This document shows positions 60,550-64,000 of a DNA stretch of 64,000 nucleotides, in pieces. The translations under genes were made by a program, and so were the position numbers. Each line of letters starts with the position of its first letter. Positions within the stretch are counted from its first letter, which is position 1. Where the stretch lies: assembly GCA_037189525.1 (NCBI GenBank), contig JBBCJC010000005.1, positions 832,001-896,000 of the forward strand, written 5' to 3'. This DNA is from Gemmatimonadales bacterium. Its GTDB lineage: Bacteria; Gemmatimonadota; Gemmatimonadetes; Gemmatimonadales; GWC2-71-9. Under the pieces are notes generated by a model. That model saw nothing but the letters and a program-made list of their open reading frames with translations. It had not been told where the DNA came from and ran no database searches.

Positions 60550-60580
60550 CGTTTGCATACCTCGAGAGTGAGATTGCGGC

Positions 60581-61648
60581 TCACGCCAGCTCGGCAATCA
60601 GGGCGCGCGTAACGTCCGTCGTGCGAGCCGTGCCGCCCAAGTCCGGGGTGCGTACCGTCCCCTGGCTCAGCACGCGATCGACGGCGCTGCGCACCGCGCG
60701 CGCGGCGGCGCCACGGTCGAGATGGTCGAGCATCATCGCCGCGGCCAGGACAGCCGCAATCGGATTGGCGACGCCCTGCTCCGCAATGTCCGGCGCCGAA
60801 CCATGCACCGGCTCGAACATACTGGGGCCCCGACGTGTCGGATCGATGTTGGCGCTCGGTGCCAAGCCCAACCCGCCGACCACCGCCGCGGCGAGATCGG
60901 ACAGGATGTCGCCGAACAGGTTGCTCGCCACGATCACGTCGAACGCCTCGGGCCGGCGCACCAGATCCATTGCCGCCGCGTCGACCAGCAGCGACTCGGT
61001 GGCCACGTCGGGATAGTCACGCGCCGTCTCGCGGAACACCTCGTCCCACAGCACCATCCCGTAGGCCTGCGCGTTCGACTTGGTGATCGAGCTGACTTTC
61101 TTCCGCCGGGTACGAGCCGCCCGGAACGCCGCGTCAATGATCCGCCGGCAGCCGCGCCGCGTGAAGACGTTGCCCTGGATCGCAACCTCGGCCTCGGTGC
61201 CCTGATAGAGCCGGCCGCCCACGTCGGCGTACTCGCCCTCCGTGTTCTCGCGGTAGACCACGAGATCGACCGAAACCTGCTCGAGCTTCCAAAGGGGAGA
61301 CCGTACACCAGGGTGCAGCACGACGGGCCGCACACAGAGAAACTGATCGAACCGCCGCCGAATGGGAAGCAGCAGCCCATGCAAGGTGACGTGATCCGGG
61401 ACCCGGGGGTCGCCCACGGCGCCGAGCAGGATGGCATCGGCGCCGGCCAGCTCGGCGAGCCCGTCCGCCGGCATCATCGCACCATGGGCCAGCCAATGGT
61501 CGGCCCCCCACGAGAGGTGCCGCCAGCGGCAGCGGCCGGCGCCTAACGCGGCATCGACCACTTCCACCGCGGACGCGACGACCTCCGGCCCGATGCCGTC
61601 ACCACCGATGACGGCAATGTCGAACGGCTCAGAGGCTCCGGGCGACAT
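60581..61648 (-). CDS. Tartrate/isopropylmalate-family beta-decarboxylating dehydrogenase
   Basis: GDGIGPEV, RENTEGEY, TKSNA, NLFGDILSD, FEPVHGSAPDI. Confidence 0.92.
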   Translation of the reverse strand: MSPGASEPFDIAVIGGDGIGPEVVASAVEVVDAALGAGRCRWRHLSWGADHWLAHGAMMPADGLAELAGADAILLGAVGDPRVPDHVTLHGLLLPIRRRFDQFLCVRPVVLHPGVRSPLWKLEQVSVDLVVYRENTEGEYADVGGRLYQGTEAEVAIQGNVFTRRGCRRIIDAAFRAARTRRKKVSSITKSNAQAYGMVLWDEVFRETARDYPDVATESLLVDAAAMDLVRRPEAFDVIVASNLFGDILSDLAAAVVGGLGLAPSANIDPTRRGPSMFEPVHGSAPDIAEQGVANPIAAVLAAAMMLDHLDRGAAARAVRSAVDRVLSQGTVRTPDLGGTARTTDVTRALIAELA

Positions 61649-62999
61649 CGCCGATGGCCTGGTCGACCACGCCGACGATTTCATCGGCTTGGGCCGTCGT
61701 CAGCACCAGCGGCGGCGAGAAGGTCAGGACATCATTGATGTTCCGCAGGATGACACCCAGCTCCTGCGCTCGGCGCTGCACCTTGCCGCCGACCGATCCC
61801 GCCGGCTTGAACGTTTCCTTCGACGCGCGCGATTTGACCAGTTCCACCCGCGCCAGCAGGCCGACGCCGCGCACATCGCCGACGATCTCGTGCGACTTGA
61901 GGCGTTCGAGTCCGCTCAACAGATGGCGGCCGACAGTAGCGGCGTTTTCGGGCAACTGTTCCCGCTCGATGATGGCAAGGTTCGCAATGGCCGCGGCAGC
62001 GGCCGTGGCGTGCCCCGTGTAGGTATTGCCATGACGCAGTTCCTTGCCGTCGCCGGGGGAGCCGAGAAACGCGTCGTAGATCTCGTCGCGACAGAGCGTG
62101 GCGCCCATCGGGATGTATCCGCTGGTAATGCCCTTCGCGAAACACATCATGTCCGGCTGCACGCCGTAGGTGCGCGATCCGAACCAGGTCCCGGTCCGGC
62201 CGAAGCCGGTGATCACTTCGTCGGCAATGAACAGGACATTGTACTCGGTGCAAATCGCGCGGCACCTGGCCAGATAGTCGGCCGGAGGCACCACGACGCC
62301 GCCGGCGCCCTGGACCGGTTCGGCAATGAACGCGGCAACGGTATCGGGTCCTTCGAATTCGATCTGCTTGCGCAGCGCCTCCGCCGCCGCGACGGAGACT
62401 TCCTCCTCCGTCAGGTTCGCACCAAAATCGTTGCGGTAACAATTGGGATCGGAAATGTGGCTGAACCCGGGCAACAGCGGTTCGAACATCCGCCGATTGG
62501 CCGTCACGCCGGTGGCGGACAGGGCGCCCATGGTGACACCGTGATAGGCATTGCGCCGCGCAATGAACTTGTACTTGCCGCCCTTGCCACGATTCTTCCA
62601 GTACTGCCGGGCAATCTTGATGGCCGTTTCGATCGCCTCCGACCCGCTGTCGCAGTAGAACACCTTCCCCATACCTTCCGGCGCCGCCAGCCGGATCAGC
62701 CGGTCGGCCAGCTCGATGGCCGGCTCATTCGAGAATCCCTGGAAGAGGCTGAAGAATGCGAACTTCTGCATCTGCCGATAGGCGGCATCGGCAATTTCGG
62801 TGCGTCCGAAGCCGACGTTCATGAGCCAGAGGCTCGCATGGGCATCGAGGTACCGGCGCCCGTTCACGTCGTAGAGATAGACGCCCTCACCGCGATCGAA
62901 AATGAGCGGACCCTGGTCGAGCACCGTCTGCATCTGCTGAAACGGGGTCCAGAGCGCACGCTGATGTTTGGCCGCCAGGCCGGTGGATTCCGCCGTCAT
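61629..62999 (-). CDS. Class III aminotransferase
   Basis: SGSEAIE, AYHG, EPVQG, DEVITGFGRTG, FAKGITSGY. Confidence 0.93.
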   Translation of the reverse strand: MTAESTGLAAKHQRALWTPFQQMQTVLDQGPLIFDRGEGVYLYDVNGRRYLDAHASLWLMNVGFGRTEIADAAYRQMQKFAFFSLFQGFSNEPAIELADRLIRLAAPEGMGKVFYCDSGSEAIETAIKIARQYWKNRGKGGKYKFIARRNAYHGVTMGALSATGVTANRRMFEPLLPGFSHISDPNCYRNDFGANLTEEEVSVAAAEALRKQIEFEGPDTVAAFIAEPVQGAGGVVVPPADYLARCRAICTEYNVLFIADEVITGFGRTGTWFGSRTYGVQPDMMCFAKGITSGYIPMGATLCRDEIYDAFLGSPGDGKELRHGNTYTGHATAAAAAIANLAIIEREQLPENAATVGRHLLSGLERLKSHEIVGDVRGVGLLARVELVKSRASKETFKPAGSVGGKVQRRAQELGVILRNINDVLTFSPPLVLTTAQADEIVGVVDQAIGDVARSL

Positions 63000-63017
63000 T
63001 GCCTGTCTCCGAATGAA

Positions 63018-63851
63018 TTACAACGCAGCAATCACGCCCTCGATCAATCGACCGATGGCGCCGCCGGTTTGCCCGGCCATGTCCATCACCTCCGCGTGCG
63101 AGAGCAACGCGGGCGTGACGCCTGCCGCCGGATTGGTGACCGACGAAATGCCGAGGCAGCGGATCCCGAGGCTCCGGGCCGCAATCACCTCGGCTACGGT
63201 CGACATCCCGACCGCATCGCCGCCCAGCCGTTCCAGCATGCGGATTTCCGCGGGCGTCTCGTAATTGGGGCCGAGCAGCCCGACATAAACTCCTTGGGCG
63301 ACCGAAATACCGAGCGTCGCCGCTACCCGTTCCGCCAGGCTGCGGAGTTCCGCATCGTACGCCACGGTCATATCGGGAAACCGACTCTCACCGCTCCGAA
63401 CCGGCCCGATCAACGGGTTCCGCCCGGTCAGATTGATGTGGTCGGCAATCAGCATGACCGTGCCAGCTGCGAAGGAGCGGTTGATCCCGCCGGCGGCATT
63501 GGTCACCACCAGCGTCCGCACACCCAGCGCCGCAAAGACCCGGACCGGCAGCACAGCCTCGGCCGCCGAGTGACCTTCGTACATGTGAAACCGGCCGCTC
63601 TGCCCGATGACGATTCGGCCGCCTAGGGTGCCGATCACCAATTCGCCGCGATGGCCCGCCACCGTCGGGACGTGAAATCCGGGAATCTCACCGTAGCCGA
63701 TCCGAATCGGATCGGCGATCCGCTCGGCCAGCGCCCCGAGTCCCGATCCCAAAACGACCGCCACCTCGGGCACGCGCCCGTCCAACTGCCGTTCGATGTG
63801 CGCCGCCGCCGCGCGCACGGCGCTCGGTGAACCCGGCTCTCCGTTCGTCAT
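63018..63851 (-). CDS. punA: Purine-nucleoside phosphorylase
   Basis: VLGSGLG, GRFHMYEG, TNAAGG, YETPAE, VGMSTV. Confidence 0.94.
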   Translation of the reverse strand: MTNGEPGSPSAVRAAAAHIERQLDGRVPEVAVVLGSGLGALAERIADPIRIGYGEIPGFHVPTVAGHRGELVIGTLGGRIVIGQSGRFHMYEGHSAAEAVLPVRVFAALGVRTLVVTNAAGGINRSFAAGTVMLIADHINLTGRNPLIGPVRSGESRFPDMTVAYDAELRSLAERVAATLGISVAQGVYVGLLGPNYETPAEIRMLERLGGDAVGMSTVAEVIAARSLGIRCLGISSVTNPAAGVTPALLSHAEVMDMAGQTGGAIGRLIEGVIAAL

Positions 63852-64000
63852 CGGACCTCCGCAAGCTCCGCACGTACCCGCTCCGTCAGGGCGTGCTTCT
63901 CATCGGGCGGCAGGAACGCCGCCTCGAATCCGTTCAGAATCAAGCGATCGATGGCGTCGCGGTCGAACCCAAACGCCTGGTGCGCACGCCAGTATTCGTC
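63848..64000 (-). CDS. add: Adenosine deaminase family protein, C-terminus (truncated by window edge)
   Basis: DEYWRAHQAFGF...NGFEAAFLP; ATGA overlap with punA. Confidence 0.7.
   Translation of the reverse strand, partial: DEYWRAHQAFGFDRDAIDRLILNGFEAAFLPPDEKHALTERVRAELAEVR

Noticed and set aside
1..64000. CRISPR array, rRNA, transposase, integrase or prophage structural genes
   Set aside because: No regularly spaced repeats or matching protein motifs seen by eye

Overview
High-GC bacterial chromosome segment. Gene content (many CarboxypepD_reg/TonB proteins, FHA-PP2C operon, conserved small hypotheticals) suggests Gemmatimonadota; this is an inference. It is mostly housekeeping: ftsEX-envC, pckA, uvrA, holB, moaC, ilvE, ffh-rpsP-rimM-trmD-rplS-rnhB, prepilin peptidase, thiD, punA/add, tRNA-Asn and tRNA-Lys. 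The most notable non-routine parts are: (1) a coupled pair of a Ddl-like ATP-grasp ligase and a four-zinc-ribbon HExxH metallopeptidase at 33.9-36.0 kb, a candidate ligase/peptidase modification system; (2) a nuclease-less HTH+AP2 DNA-binding gene next to it; (3) a ~1.5 kb integrase-less islet bounded by tRNA-Lys and a 34-bp copy of its 3' end, carrying a VapBC-type module; (4) a MarR cassette with a clear promoter/operator whose thioredoxin-like gene appears internally deleted; (5) tandem TauE/SafE paralogues in an aminotransferase/dehydrogenase operon. No CRISPR array, rRNA, transposase or integrase was seen. All calls come from reading motifs by eye; no database searches were run.
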